30,323 nt of DNA from a virus (IMGVR_UViG_3300028837_001169:1-30323), one strand, 5' to 3'. Positions 7,231 to 15,918 are shown, numbered from the stretch's first letter. Numbers and translations: made by a program. Notes: a model not told the origin generated them from the sequence alone.

Positions 7231-7328
7231 GAGGAGGGGACCTGGCCGGACCCTCCTCATTTTACCCGGCAGCCCCATGGGGCTGCCGGGTAAAATTGCC
7301 GGCGGGCTTACGCAAGTAGGAGGGTGCC
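7231..7328 (+). repeat. intergenic structured repeat, copy B
   Basis: Contains a perfect 38-bp palindrome at 7259-7296. Confidence 0.9.
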
Positions 7329-7358
7329 ATGAAAACAATAAGAATATGCAAAAAATAA
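7329..7358 (+). CDS. 9-codon minigene or cassette remnant MKTIRICKK
   Basis: Strong SD AGGAGGG, ATG 7329, TAA 7356-7358. Confidence 0.35.
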   Translation: MKTIRICKK

Positions 7359-7387
7359 GTCCCTTTGCTCTCTCGGATCTATGTGGG

Positions 7388-7412
7388 AAGCCGGGGAAAC
7401 CCGGCTTTTTTT
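7388..7412 (+). terminator. intrinsic terminator closing the cassette island
   Basis: AAGCCGGG-GAAA-CCCGGCTT followed by a T-run. Confidence 0.8.
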
Positions 7413-7413
7413 C

Positions 7414-7442
7414 TTGACATAAAAATAAACTTATGCTATTTT
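7414..7442 (+). promoter_or_regulatory. sigma-70 promoter for the head genes
   Basis: TTGACA-17bp-TATTTT with extended TG. Confidence 0.65.
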
Positions 7443-7448
7443 TGTAGT

Positions 7449-7736
7449 ATGGCTTGTCTTACCGTCGAGAGGCGAATTGAATTAGAAGAAAGATTACAAA
7501 AAAAAATAGCTCAACTCGAAAAATTGTATGAAGCATTTGACAATTTTGATAATGTCGAACAATACAAATTTCAATCAGCAGAAACAATGCAGCAAACAAA
7601 ATATCGAGGCATAAAAGAATTGCAGGACGCTATCGATCGGCTTGAAGCATCAATTGACAGAATTAATCGGATTCTTGGAAATACCGGACTAAAAAATATA
7701 GTTCTAAGGCGCCGGGGGTATTGTGGCACTATTTGA
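7449..7736 (+). CDS. head-tail joining protein, gpW-like
   Basis: Helix-hairpin-helix pattern (QYKFQS..TKYRGIKELQDAIDRLE) directly before the portal; ATG 7449. Confidence 0.7.
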   Translation: MACLTVERRIELEERLQKKIAQLEKLYEAFDNFDNVEQYKFQSAETMQQTKYRGIKELQDAIDRLEASIDRINRILGNTGLKNIVLRRRGYCGTI

Positions 7737-9315
7737 TTTTCTTTTCAAAAAACAGATAAAAAAACTTGCAAAAAAAACAGCCGACAAATATATAACACAT
7801 TATGTATATAGTCTGAAAGCAGCATATAATAATTACCACTCTTACAGCGATATGTATTCAGGCGCAAAGTGGCCGTATGGTCTCTCGGCTCCCGGATCCG
7901 GTTTTCTTATCAATCATTATACTACTCGACAAGAGGTGCGGGCAAAAGTCAATGAAAATCTAATTGCAAAAAGTATAGTAAGCAGATTTGCCGATACCGT
8001 AGCCGATATAGGCCTAAAAAGAGAATCTATCCCGGATCCTGAAATTCTGGGAATTACTCCAGAGCAGGCCGAGGAGTGGGCTGAAAATGTTGATCGTCGT
8101 TTCCATCTCTGGGCAAAATCAAAAAAACAGCATAGATCGGGTCAATACAATTTCTATCAATCTCATAGATTATATGCTGAATGGATGTACAGGGATAATG
8201 ATATTTTTACTCGCCTTTATTATTCTCAAAAAAGAGATTTACTCAATCCCCTTCAATTCGATTTTATAGAACCGAATCAAATTCGGGGAGATGCTTTTAC
8301 CTCTTCTTGTTATCAATTATCAAATGATGGAGATGGAATAATAAGAAATCAGGATGGATCCGAAAAAGCCTATAAGGTTTGGTTACAAATCCCCGGGAAA
8401 TATGAATACAAAGATATAGAAATTCCCGCAATTGGTCCGAGATCGAAAAGAAAAATGATGCTCCATGGATTTGCTCCTAAATATGCAGGACAGGGGCGGG
8501 GCTTTTCTCCGCTTGCTCACGCAATACAGGAATTTGAAAACGTAACAGATTTCTCCTCTTCGATTATAAAAAAAGCAATTGCACAAAGTTCTATTGCTCT
8601 CGGTGTAGAGAATGATCAACTTGATCCATCCGATCCGCTTGAAAATCTGAATATTTCGGGAGCCGGTCCTATCACAGATACCGGGGAAGAATTCGTTCAA
8701 GCGCAGCCTGCAGGACCGCGTTTGAATTATTGCCAACTTCCGGAAGCAACCTTGACAACTCCCGGAAGTGTCGGCGTTTTTAATATGCAAAAAGGCGACC
8801 ACCTAAAATATTATGAAAATAAAACTCCGGCAGACAGTTACGAATCATTCATGAATACTTTTGTGTCTTATCTTTCAGCAAGTACCGGAATGCCTGTAGA
8901 ATTTTTGCTCATTAAATTTAATAACAATTATTCATCTACGCGGGCTATGCTCATAATTGCCTGGAGGATTGCCCTTATATGGCGTGAAGAAATGGCGGCC
9001 GATTATCTCGATCCAGTATTCGAGGCATGGCTATCTGAAGAAATAGCTGCTGGCAGAATTCTTGCACCTGGATGGCAGGATCCGATTTTAAGGGCTGCCT
9101 GGCTTTACGGGAATTGGATCGGCTCACCCATGCCGCAAATCGATCCACAACGGGCAGCAAAAGCAAACGAAATTAATGCAGGAATGGGATTGACTACCCT
9201 GGACAGAGAGGCAAGAAATCTTAACGGATCATCAGGGAAGGCAAATAGAACAAAACTGAAAAAAGAATATAGCGAATTACCGCCGTCACCATTCAAGAAG
9301 GGAGGAAGTGTATAA
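7723..9315 (+). CDS. portal protein, lambda family
   Basis: 530 aa; GQGRGFSPLA, NYSSTRA, W(I)GSPMPQIDP motifs. Confidence 0.92.
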   Translation: MALFDFLFKKQIKKLAKKTADKYITHYVYSLKAAYNNYHSYSDMYSGAKWPYGLSAPGSGFLINHYTTRQEVRAKVNENLIAKSIVSRFADTVADIGLKRESIPDPEILGITPEQAEEWAENVDRRFHLWAKSKKQHRSGQYNFYQSHRLYAEWMYRDNDIFTRLYYSQKRDLLNPLQFDFIEPNQIRGDAFTSSCYQLSNDGDGIIRNQDGSEKAYKVWLQIPGKYEYKDIEIPAIGPRSKRKMMLHGFAPKYAGQGRGFSPLAHAIQEFENVTDFSSSIIKKAIAQSSIALGVENDQLDPSDPLENLNISGAGPITDTGEEFVQAQPAGPRLNYCQLPEATLTTPGSVGVFNMQKGDHLKYYENKTPADSYESFMNTFVSYLSASTGMPVEFLLIKFNNNYSSTRAMLIIAWRIALIWREEMAADYLDPVFEAWLSEEIAAGRILAPGWQDPILRAAWLYGNWIGSPMPQIDPQRAAKANEINAGMGLTTLDREARNLNGSSGKANRTKLKKEYSELPPSPFKKGGSV

Positions 9316-9587
9316 TGGCAAATCCAGTAATAATTGATTGTCCTGCAGGACAATGGACCGCAATAGCAATCAAGATAACAACCGGAATAATCTGGATGAA
9401 AGATACCAGTCCGAATGTGTATCTACAAACATATCGAGATAATGGCGATCTTGCACCAACTACCGAAGATGAGGGAGTACAGATTTTCATTAATCAAAAT
9501 TATGAAATAATATCGGCAGATGCTAATATCGATATATATATCTGGCCGAAAGGTGAAAACGGGAAAGTAAGGGTTGATTTGCCATGA
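9315..9587 (+). CDS. hypothetical beta-rich virion protein
   Basis: TAATG coupling with the portal, SD GGAGG. Confidence 0.6.
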   Translation: MANPVIIDCPAGQWTAIAIKITTGIIWMKDTSPNVYLQTYRDNGDLAPTTEDEGVQIFINQNYEIISADANIDIYIWPKGENGKVRVDLP

Positions 9588-10054
9588 CTGGATTTATTGG
9601 GCCTGCCTCTCCCTGGTGGAATACACAATCCTCGAAAATAAGATTTACATCCGAGGGCGGTTTAGCGATAAGATTGATAAATGATACCGGAGCTGTAAGC
9701 GTAAAAGGTACAATCGTAAAAGGTTCACAAAATATTAACAATGCTGTATCATTAATACCGATTGATAATCCGGATCCGCTGGGTGTAGTATATGAAGCTG
9801 GAATTCCAAATGGGGAATTGGTATGGATTGTAATACAGGGAATTGCACATGTATTATATACAACAATAGTAACTCGTGGTACTTTTTCGAGATGTCCTGC
9901 AGGCGGGGATATTGCTCCGGTGGCTGGACGAGCAATTAATGAAGCATTACCAGTACCACCTTTTGCGACAAATAAGCATTTCCAGGAGATCGGTCATCCG
10001 ATAGAATCAATTGGGGTTCCAGGTTTGGCTTTGACAATATTACATTTTAACTAG
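9584..10054 (+). CDS. putative head decoration/fibre protein (DUF2190-like)
   Basis: KGTIVK..PLGVVYEAGIPNGELVWIVIQGIAHV pattern. Confidence 0.45.
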   Translation: MTGFIGPASPWWNTQSSKIRFTSEGGLAIRLINDTGAVSVKGTIVKGSQNINNAVSLIPIDNPDPLGVVYEAGIPNGELVWIVIQGIAHVLYTTIVTRGTFSRCPAGGDIAPVAGRAINEALPVPPFATNKHFQEIGHPIESIGVPGLALTILHFN

Positions 10055-10065
10055 GAGAATAAAAA

Positions 10066-10584
10066 ATGATAGGAACTGGAAAAAAAGGTATGAGATGTGC
10101 TCAGCTTATAATTACAGGTGATTCTAATAATATACCAGCAGTTTTTACACTTATGAGTAAAATAAGTTTTCCAAATCTTATTTTTACTCAGCAACTTGAC
10201 AATCTTATTACTTTCGAAGAAAATACAGGGATTTTTGTTCTCCAGCATCAAGGCGTATTATATATGTCGGCAACTTTGAATTTGCAAGCATCTATTGCAA
10301 TGTCAACACTCGAATTAATACCGGAATTCAATCAAGGAGATGGATGGAATCCTGGGGCGGGGAAAAAAAAGAAATGTGTTGCAACGGATCCTGATCAAAT
10401 TGAATGGGCAGGAATGAGAGAATTACAAAAAAATACGCAGATTAGATTTTATTTTGCCTCAACGGGACCGGGAGAGATTGTTTTCAAAACTGAAGTTCTG
10501 GATCCTGGAGGAATTCATGAATGTACTATACCCGCTGCAATATTTTATTTGTTTTTTCACAAAAGTAACGAACCGGTTATATAA
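10066..10584 (+). CDS. hypothetical beta-sandwich protein (C1q/BclA-like?)
   Basis: SD AGGAG; TGIFVLQHQGVLYMSATLNL pattern. Confidence 0.45.
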   Translation: MIGTGKKGMRCAQLIITGDSNNIPAVFTLMSKISFPNLIFTQQLDNLITFEENTGIFVLQHQGVLYMSATLNLQASIAMSTLELIPEFNQGDGWNPGAGKKKKCVATDPDQIEWAGMRELQKNTQIRFYFASTGPGEIVFKTEVLDPGGIHECTIPAAIFYLFFHKSNEPVI

Positions 10585-10592
10585 GGAATAAT

Positions 10593-11006
10593 ATGTGTAT
10601 GACTGACATGACAGATACAGAGAAAGACGAAATACTCACAGCTTGCAGAGAAATGAGAAATGTCAAAGGTTTTATTTCTACAATAAAAACAGAACAGGAA
10701 AAATTAAAATTACAACATAGATTTTTAGATGAAAAAATCGAAGAAGAGAAAAAAGAAAGAAAAGAAGAGATAAAAAATATGCAGGATGAGTTTAGGGATA
10801 TGGAAGAGAAAATCGAGAATAAGTTTGAGATATTTTTTTATAAAATCGGAGATATTAATAAAAGAATTGATTATAAAATAAATATGGTTTCAAATAAAAT
10901 ATCAGGAATTAATAAACAAATATTTATATGGATGGGTAGTATTCTTTTTTCTATTTTAGTAAGTATTATAATGCTAATTATAAGTAAAATAAATGGATGG
11001 TTTTAA
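10593..11006 (+). CDS. coiled-coil protein with C-terminal TM (XhlA-like lysis accessory)
   Basis: Heptad-rich body with a hydrophobic C-terminus (IFIWMGSILFSILVSIIMLII). Confidence 0.55.
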   Translation: MCMTDMTDTEKDEILTACREMRNVKGFISTIKTEQEKLKLQHRFLDEKIEEEKKERKEEIKNMQDEFRDMEEKIENKFEIFFYKIGDINKRIDYKINMVSNKISGINKQIFIWMGSILFSILVSIIMLIISKINGWF

Positions 11007-11007
11007 T

Positions 11008-11247
11008 ATGAACAGAAAAAAACAAATGAGTAAAAAAATGATTATCTTTTTTTCTGTTCATATTGTATTAACTATATATATGTTTTTGATTACTTTTTTT
11101 TCTCCGGAATCATTATCTATAATGGGAAATTATATTGTTTGGGCACAAATAGCCAATGCCGGAATCGCTACAGGAGGACGGGTGGCTGATGATTTTCAAA
11201 GGGGAATATATTATAAGCCAGAACTTGATGAGGAAAAGGATGAATGA
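11008..11247 (+). CDS. putative holin
   Basis: About 79 aa, two hydrophobic segments, charged C-tail, upstream of the endolysin; start uncertain. Confidence 0.55.
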   Translation: MNRKKQMSKKMIIFFSVHIVLTIYMFLITFFSPESLSIMGNYIVWAQIANAGIATGGRVADDFQRGIYYKPELDEEKDE

Positions 11248-11683
11248 AAAAATTAATATTTGGTTTTTTATTAGTATTATTTTGTCTTGTTTTTTGGCAG
11301 GATGTATTATTATCGGAATATACAATTACATTACAGCAAATAGAAGAAATCAAGAAGCTATACGAAGAGCAGAACAGATTAACAGGTATAATATTGCATT
11401 ACTCGAAGGAAAAGAAAGAACTATTGCAGAACTTACAAGATATAGAGAATCAGAGAGAAATCGACTTGAAAGAGAAAGAAGAATTTCAGAGAGAGAAAGA
11501 AGAATTGAGGAAAGAGAAAAACAGTATAATAGTCGAGAGAGAGAACGAATTGAAAATAGTAGGGAAATCTATAGCAGGATTGGAGAAGGAGAAAGCGATA
11601 TTGAAAAAATCGCTAAAACTCTCAAGGAAACAATTAGAAGAGGAAAAGAAATTATCCAGGAAATCATGGCCGGGAATAATTGA
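11240..11683 (+). CDS. putative spanin-like lipoprotein (overlapping frame)
   Basis: Signal-like N-terminus with ILSC and LAGC lipobox candidates, then an R/E-rich coiled coil. Confidence 0.5.
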   Translation: MNEKINIWFFISIILSCFLAGCIIIGIYNYITANRRNQEAIRRAEQINRYNIALLEGKERTIAELTRYRESERNRLERERRISERERRIEEREKQYNSRERERIENSREIYSRIGEGESDIEKIAKTLKETIRRGKEIIQEIMAGNN

Positions 11684-11738
11684 TTTTCTTATTTGGGGAG
11701 TAATAGCAATATTATCATTTTTTGCAGGGAGGATATAA
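11244..11738 (+). CDS. putative spanin-like membrane coiled-coil protein
   Basis: MKKLIFGFLLVLFCLVFW N-terminal hydrophobic segment, long coiled coil, C-terminal hydrophobic segment. Confidence 0.55.
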   Translation: MKKLIFGFLLVLFCLVFWQDVLLSEYTITLQQIEEIKKLYEEQNRLTGIILHYSKEKKELLQNLQDIENQREIDLKEKEEFQREKEELRKEKNSIIVERENELKIVGKSIAGLEKEKAILKKSLKLSRKQLEEEKKLSRKSWPGIIDFLIWGVIAILSFFAGRI

Positions 11739-11741
11739 CAT

Positions 11742-12293
11742 ATGCTTAGAGGGGCAATGTATTATCAAAAAAATCGTGAGAAATTAATTGAGATTCAAAA
11801 TAAAGTGCTTCAGGACAAAGACGTACAACCAGGGTATCCTACATGGGGAGGCCATGTAAAAAAGAAATTGCCATATGAGCCAGGACAACAAAAAGGAATT
11901 ACCTGGTGTAATAGAGGAGCAGAACGGATTGCTCGATTAGCAGGGGCAGATACAAAACCTATACTGCATCGAAAAGGAATAGGGCATACAAACGCTAACG
12001 GGATGTACAAATATGCCGTGAAATCTGCAAAGAGAAAAATAATCCGGGAAATCGACATCGAAACAGCGCAGATATTATCCTGGAATGGCTTTGTAATTTT
12101 AGCAACCGCAAAATGCGTGAAGGGTAATCGGCCAGGGCATGTAGTAATATTGCGGCCGACTCCCTTAGGCGAAGAACAGCTATGCGCTAATATCGGCGGA
12201 CTCATGGGAGTAATGACCGTAAAAAAAGTCTTTAACGTAAATTATTTAAGCCCGATAAAATATTTTTTATTACCACGAAAAGAAAAATCTTGA
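11742..12293 (+). CDS. putative endolysin, Cys/His (CHAP-like) peptidase
   Basis: TWCN..NANGM..GHVVIL catalytic pattern; last gene of a membrane-protein cluster. Confidence 0.65.
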   Translation: MLRGAMYYQKNREKLIEIQNKVLQDKDVQPGYPTWGGHVKKKLPYEPGQQKGITWCNRGAERIARLAGADTKPILHRKGIGHTNANGMYKYAVKSAKRKIIREIDIETAQILSWNGFVILATAKCVKGNRPGHVVILRPTPLGEEQLCANIGGLMGVMTVKKVFNVNYLSPIKYFLLPRKEKS

Positions 12294-12318
12294 CAAGAAA
12301 GGATTAAAATAGTAGTAT
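12290..12318 (+). promoter_or_regulatory. sigma-70 promoter
   Basis: TTGACA-17bp-TAGTAT; ATG starts 6 nt after the -10. Confidence 0.65.
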
Positions 12319-12323
12319 TAGAA

Positions 12324-13940
12324 ATGCACAAGATATATGCTTTTTTAGAGTCTGAACTTATAAGCTATCTGGAAAAAATTGAAAATGCTACGCCAGAAGA
12401 AATAAAAGCAGCCGAAAGTATTTTTTCAGATAAACCACTTCCAAATATTCTTACAATTAAAGATGGAAAAGCACAAATTTTGATTCATGGTCCGCTTACA
12501 CAAAAGGGCCCTCCTCCCATTGCAAGATTTTTCGGACTTGATGGGACCGGATATATCCAAATAATTGAAGCAATCAATAATATTCCTGAAAATATAGAAA
12601 AAATTGAATTACTCATGAATACTCCAGGCGGAGAAGTGCTTGGGGTTGATAATGTTTTTCAAGCAGTGACAGCGCTTTACGAAAAAAAGGAAGTGATCGC
12701 CATTAACCAGGGTATGATTGCATCGGCAGGATACTGGATAGCCTCGGCAGCGTCACGAATTATTAGCGAATCTCCAGTGAATCTTACGGGATCCATAGGA
12801 GTTGTTATAATCGCAGTTGATACAAAAAAATTTGAGGAAAAAATCGGAATACGTGTTGTCACGGTGGTTTCGCGCAATGCACCCGAAAAAGTACCGGATA
12901 TTTCAAAAAAATCAGGGATTCGGACATTACAGGAAATGGCCGATTCTTTGGAACGAGTTTTTATGAGTCGGATTTCAGAGGGCCGCAATCTTCCTGTAGA
13001 ACATATTGAGAAATTTTATGGACGTGGAAAAGTACTTGTTTCTTTAGATCCGAATGGAACTGACGCAATTGACGTAAAAATGATTGACGAAGTCATAACA
13101 GCAAAACAGGATGAAAAAGAAAAAGAATATGACAATGAAAATGATACAATTTATGGTATGGTTTCAGAGTTTTTTGATCCACTTGCACCTTATGAAAACG
13201 AACACTCGGCACGTCTTTTAAGCCCGACAGTTTCAAAAATCCGTGTCCGTCGTACTTCCGGAAGCGGAAAAGGAACCGTACAGGGCGTAAAAATTCCCGA
13301 ATCAATTGATATTATATGGTTCGTTCAAAAAATAGAAGAAAAGGAAGTACCCAGGGCACAGGCTTTAAGATTCCCCGTTTCAACCTGGACGGAATCAGAG
13401 GCCCGTGATTGGATAAAAAAGAAAAAATTAAAAACAATTCTTTTTGAACCTGCAAAAAAAACAAAAGCTGAAAATATAAAATCCCCCGCAGATAGTGCGG
13501 GAATCAATAAACAGGAGGTTATTATGCCAACATTAAAAAACTTTCTGGTAGAAAATCCCGCCGCCCAGGTCGAATATAATCAGGCTCTGGAAGAAAAATA
13601 CAAAGCGGGGGTTGAAACCGGAAAACAAGAGATTAAGGGAGATGTAAAAAAGATTTCTCCTTTTCTTACGTCAGAAACTTATGATTCTGCCATCAAGCAA
13701 ACAGCCGTGAAAGTATTGACCGGGGAAATAGGAATTGATGCTTTTCTTGCCGTAGTCTCAATTGAAGATGCAAGGAAAGAAAAGGAGAAATCTTCCGATG
13801 CAAAAAAGGAAACTAAAAAAATCGGCAATACCCCGGGACAACAGCAACAAACTGGCGGAAATGAAACCGGGGATATAAAAACAGAAGCCGATTTCCAAGC
13901 AGAAATTACAAAAATTAAAGCACAGGAAGGGGGCAAATAA
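12324..13940 (+). CDS. prohead protease (S49/gpC-like) fused to an extra domain and the scaffold
   Basis: NTPGGEV, ASAGYWIASAA, GSIGV motifs. Confidence 0.9.
   Translation: MHKIYAFLESELISYLEKIENATPEEIKAAESIFSDKPLPNILTIKDGKAQILIHGPLTQKGPPPIARFFGLDGTGYIQIIEAINNIPENIEKIELLMNTPGGEVLGVDNVFQAVTALYEKKEVIAINQGMIASAGYWIASAASRIISESPVNLTGSIGVVIIAVDTKKFEEKIGIRVVTVVSRNAPEKVPDISKKSGIRTLQEMADSLERVFMSRISEGRNLPVEHIEKFYGRGKVLVSLDPNGTDAIDVKMIDEVITAKQDEKEKEYDNENDTIYGMVSEFFDPLAPYENEHSARLLSPTVSKIRVRRTSGSGKGTVQGVKIPESIDIIWFVQKIEEKEVPRAQALRFPVSTWTESEARDWIKKKKLKTILFEPAKKTKAENIKSPADSAGINKQEVIMPTLKNFLVENPAAQVEYNQALEEKYKAGVETGKQEIKGDVKKISPFLTSETYDSAIKQTAVKVLTGEIGIDAFLAVVSIEDARKEKEKSSDAKKETKKIGNTPGQQQQTGGNETGDIKTEADFQAEITKIKAQEGGK
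13524..13940 (+). CDS. scaffolding protein from an in-frame internal start (Nu3-like)
   Basis: Strong SD CAGGAGG before an in-frame ATG at 13524. Confidence 0.7.
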   Translation: MPTLKNFLVENPAAQVEYNQALEEKYKAGVETGKQEIKGDVKKISPFLTSETYDSAIKQTAVKVLTGEIGIDAFLAVVSIEDARKEKEKSSDAKKETKKIGNTPGQQQQTGGNETGDIKTEADFQAEITKIKAQEGGK

Positions 13941-14413
13941 TGGCAGTACAAAACAGACTTGATATTGATACACGCCCTATGATCCTTGAAGAACTGCCTT
14001 CGTGCAAGCGTCTTGATCGGGCAGTAATTGCTCAGGATGCAGGAAGAGCAGATCCGCTATTAAGCCGTACTCTTATGGCCAAAATTGCAGCTACGGGAAA
14101 ATGGGTATCTTATACGGACGAAACGGCTACCGATGGAACAGCTTTTCCGGCTGGCATTTATGATCCGGAAAGATCACTCGGAGATATTGCCGCCGCCGAC
14201 ATTGTGGCTGGTGATGTAAACGATGTTCCTATTATAATTTTCGGTGCTCTTTTTGATGATGAAAAACTTATTATTGAAAATAGTAAAACTCTCGATACCG
14301 TAATCGGGGCCGGAACCGTACAGGCACAGACAGTGGCGGATGCACTTATAAAACGGTCATTAATTCCACAGTCAGCGATTTCAGGCTCACAACCTGAAAA
14401 TCCGGCAGTATAA
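13940..14413 (+). CDS. head decoration protein (gpD-like)
   Basis: Between scaffold and capsid; ATDGTAFPAGI motif. Confidence 0.75.
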   Translation: MAVQNRLDIDTRPMILEELPSCKRLDRAVIAQDAGRADPLLSRTLMAKIAATGKWVSYTDETATDGTAFPAGIYDPERSLGDIAAADIVAGDVNDVPIIIFGALFDDEKLIIENSKTLDTVIGAGTVQAQTVADALIKRSLIPQSAISGSQPENPAV

Positions 14414-14423
14414 GGAGGAAATC

Positions 14424-15623
14424 ATGCCAATACCAGTAGATTTTTATAGCCGCTATATGGCGGAATTATTCGATCAACGAAATATACAGGCATCTCCACG
14501 GGCTTTTCAATCTATTTTTGGAAATCCAGCAGGTGGCGGACTCACTCATTTTTCTGTCGATGAAATGACAATCAATATTGATATCATTAAGTCGAAAGGA
14601 GAAAAACTTGCAGCTACAGTACACAGGGGTCAAAGTTCAAATCCTACGGATGTAGATAACACAACAGATTATGAATGGTCAAATATTGGAAGAACATGGC
14701 CGCTCGTTGAGGAATCGGGAAATATTAATTCGACTCAACTTCTCAAAAGAAGCCCAGGAGATAATCCTTATCAGCAAAGAACACAGCTCGAACGCAATAG
14801 AGCACTTGCCCGTGATATTCACAATGAACATATGCGGAGATCAATGCGTACATGGGAATATCAAGCAAGTCAATCAATCCTTACCGGAAAAATGCCTGCT
14901 ATAATCGGGACAACGAATGTAAATTTGATTTACGATTTTTACCGTCCGGCTTCTCATACGATCGGAGTTGCAGTTCCATGGGACAATGCATCCGCCGATA
15001 TACTCGGTGATATTGATTCCGCCCTGGATATAGGCCGTGAAGATTCCTATAGACATCTTGATTTTCTTGCAATCGGTGGAAATGCAATGAATGCATTTAT
15101 CAGAGATCTTACAGTGCAAAAAATTGCAGATAATCAGCGTTTCGAGCTTATCCAGGTAAGCCTTAATTTCCCCGTACCTCCAAGATTTGCGAGATATATT
15201 AATAATGGCTGGACTGCATACGGAAGGTTACGGACTCCGAAGGGCAGGGAAGTATGGATTTTTGTGAATGATATGATCTATACCGATTCTGCAGGAAATC
15301 CACAAAATTATATGCCCCTTGATAAGGCTTTTCTCCTTTCCTCTCAGGCACGGTTCGATCGGTATTTCGGTCCTCGTGATCGCATGCCGATAACTTCGTC
15401 AGAGATGATGTGGTATCAAGAATTTTTTGGATTTTCGATGGCAGCACCACCTATGCCGCCCAATACTCCTGCTGATGATATTGTACCGGCAGCCGCATTT
15501 TTTCATGACGGATATATGCCAGAAGGAAAGAAAACGGCAGTATTACGTACACAATCGGCTCCTATTTTTGCGACAACAGAGACGGATGCTATTGTGGTAC
15601 TCGAAGACCTGATAACACCATAA
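14424..15623 (+). CDS. major capsid protein, lambda E family
   Basis: 399 aa, RTWEYQASQSILTGK, W..ADILGDI, C-terminal QSAPI. Confidence 0.88.
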   Translation: MPIPVDFYSRYMAELFDQRNIQASPRAFQSIFGNPAGGGLTHFSVDEMTINIDIIKSKGEKLAATVHRGQSSNPTDVDNTTDYEWSNIGRTWPLVEESGNINSTQLLKRSPGDNPYQQRTQLERNRALARDIHNEHMRRSMRTWEYQASQSILTGKMPAIIGTTNVNLIYDFYRPASHTIGVAVPWDNASADILGDIDSALDIGREDSYRHLDFLAIGGNAMNAFIRDLTVQKIADNQRFELIQVSLNFPVPPRFARYINNGWTAYGRLRTPKGREVWIFVNDMIYTDSAGNPQNYMPLDKAFLLSSQARFDRYFGPRDRMPITSSEMMWYQEFFGFSMAAPPMPPNTPADDIVPAAAFFHDGYMPEGKKTAVLRTQSAPIFATTETDAIVVLEDLITP

Positions 15624-15633
15624 GGAGGAATCA

Positions 15634-15918
15634 ATGGGAAAATCACAAATATATTGGCTTGGTCCAGGAGTATACGGATCGAAAGCACAAAAGAATTTGC
15701 TTATTCCGGGTGATCCTATTCCTGATAATTGGTCAAAAGAAAATTTTGAGCGATTTAAAAATAAAATCGGCGAAAAGCTTGAAAAAGGAGTACTCCAGGA
15801 TGTAAAGTCCCTAAAAGAGGAAATCAAAACGCTTAGAGCTGAAATTAAGGCTATTACAGCGGAGAGGGACGGACTGTTTGAGGAACTCGAAGGACGCAAA
15901 AAGGAAGGTGATGAATAA
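15634..15918 (+). CDS. hypothetical protein (FI-position)
   Basis: SD AGGAGG, directly after the capsid gene. Confidence 0.65.
   Translation: MGKSQIYWLGPGVYGSKAQKNLLIPGDPIPDNWSKENFERFKNKIGEKLEKGVLQDVKSLKEEIKTLRAEIKAITAERDGLFEELEGRKKEGDE

Noticed and set aside
7365-7448. N-terminal extension of gpW, and similar TTG/GTG extensions at 5226, 5510 and 6030
   Set aside because: They run through terminator, promoter, spacer or SD sequence; downstream ATGs fit better
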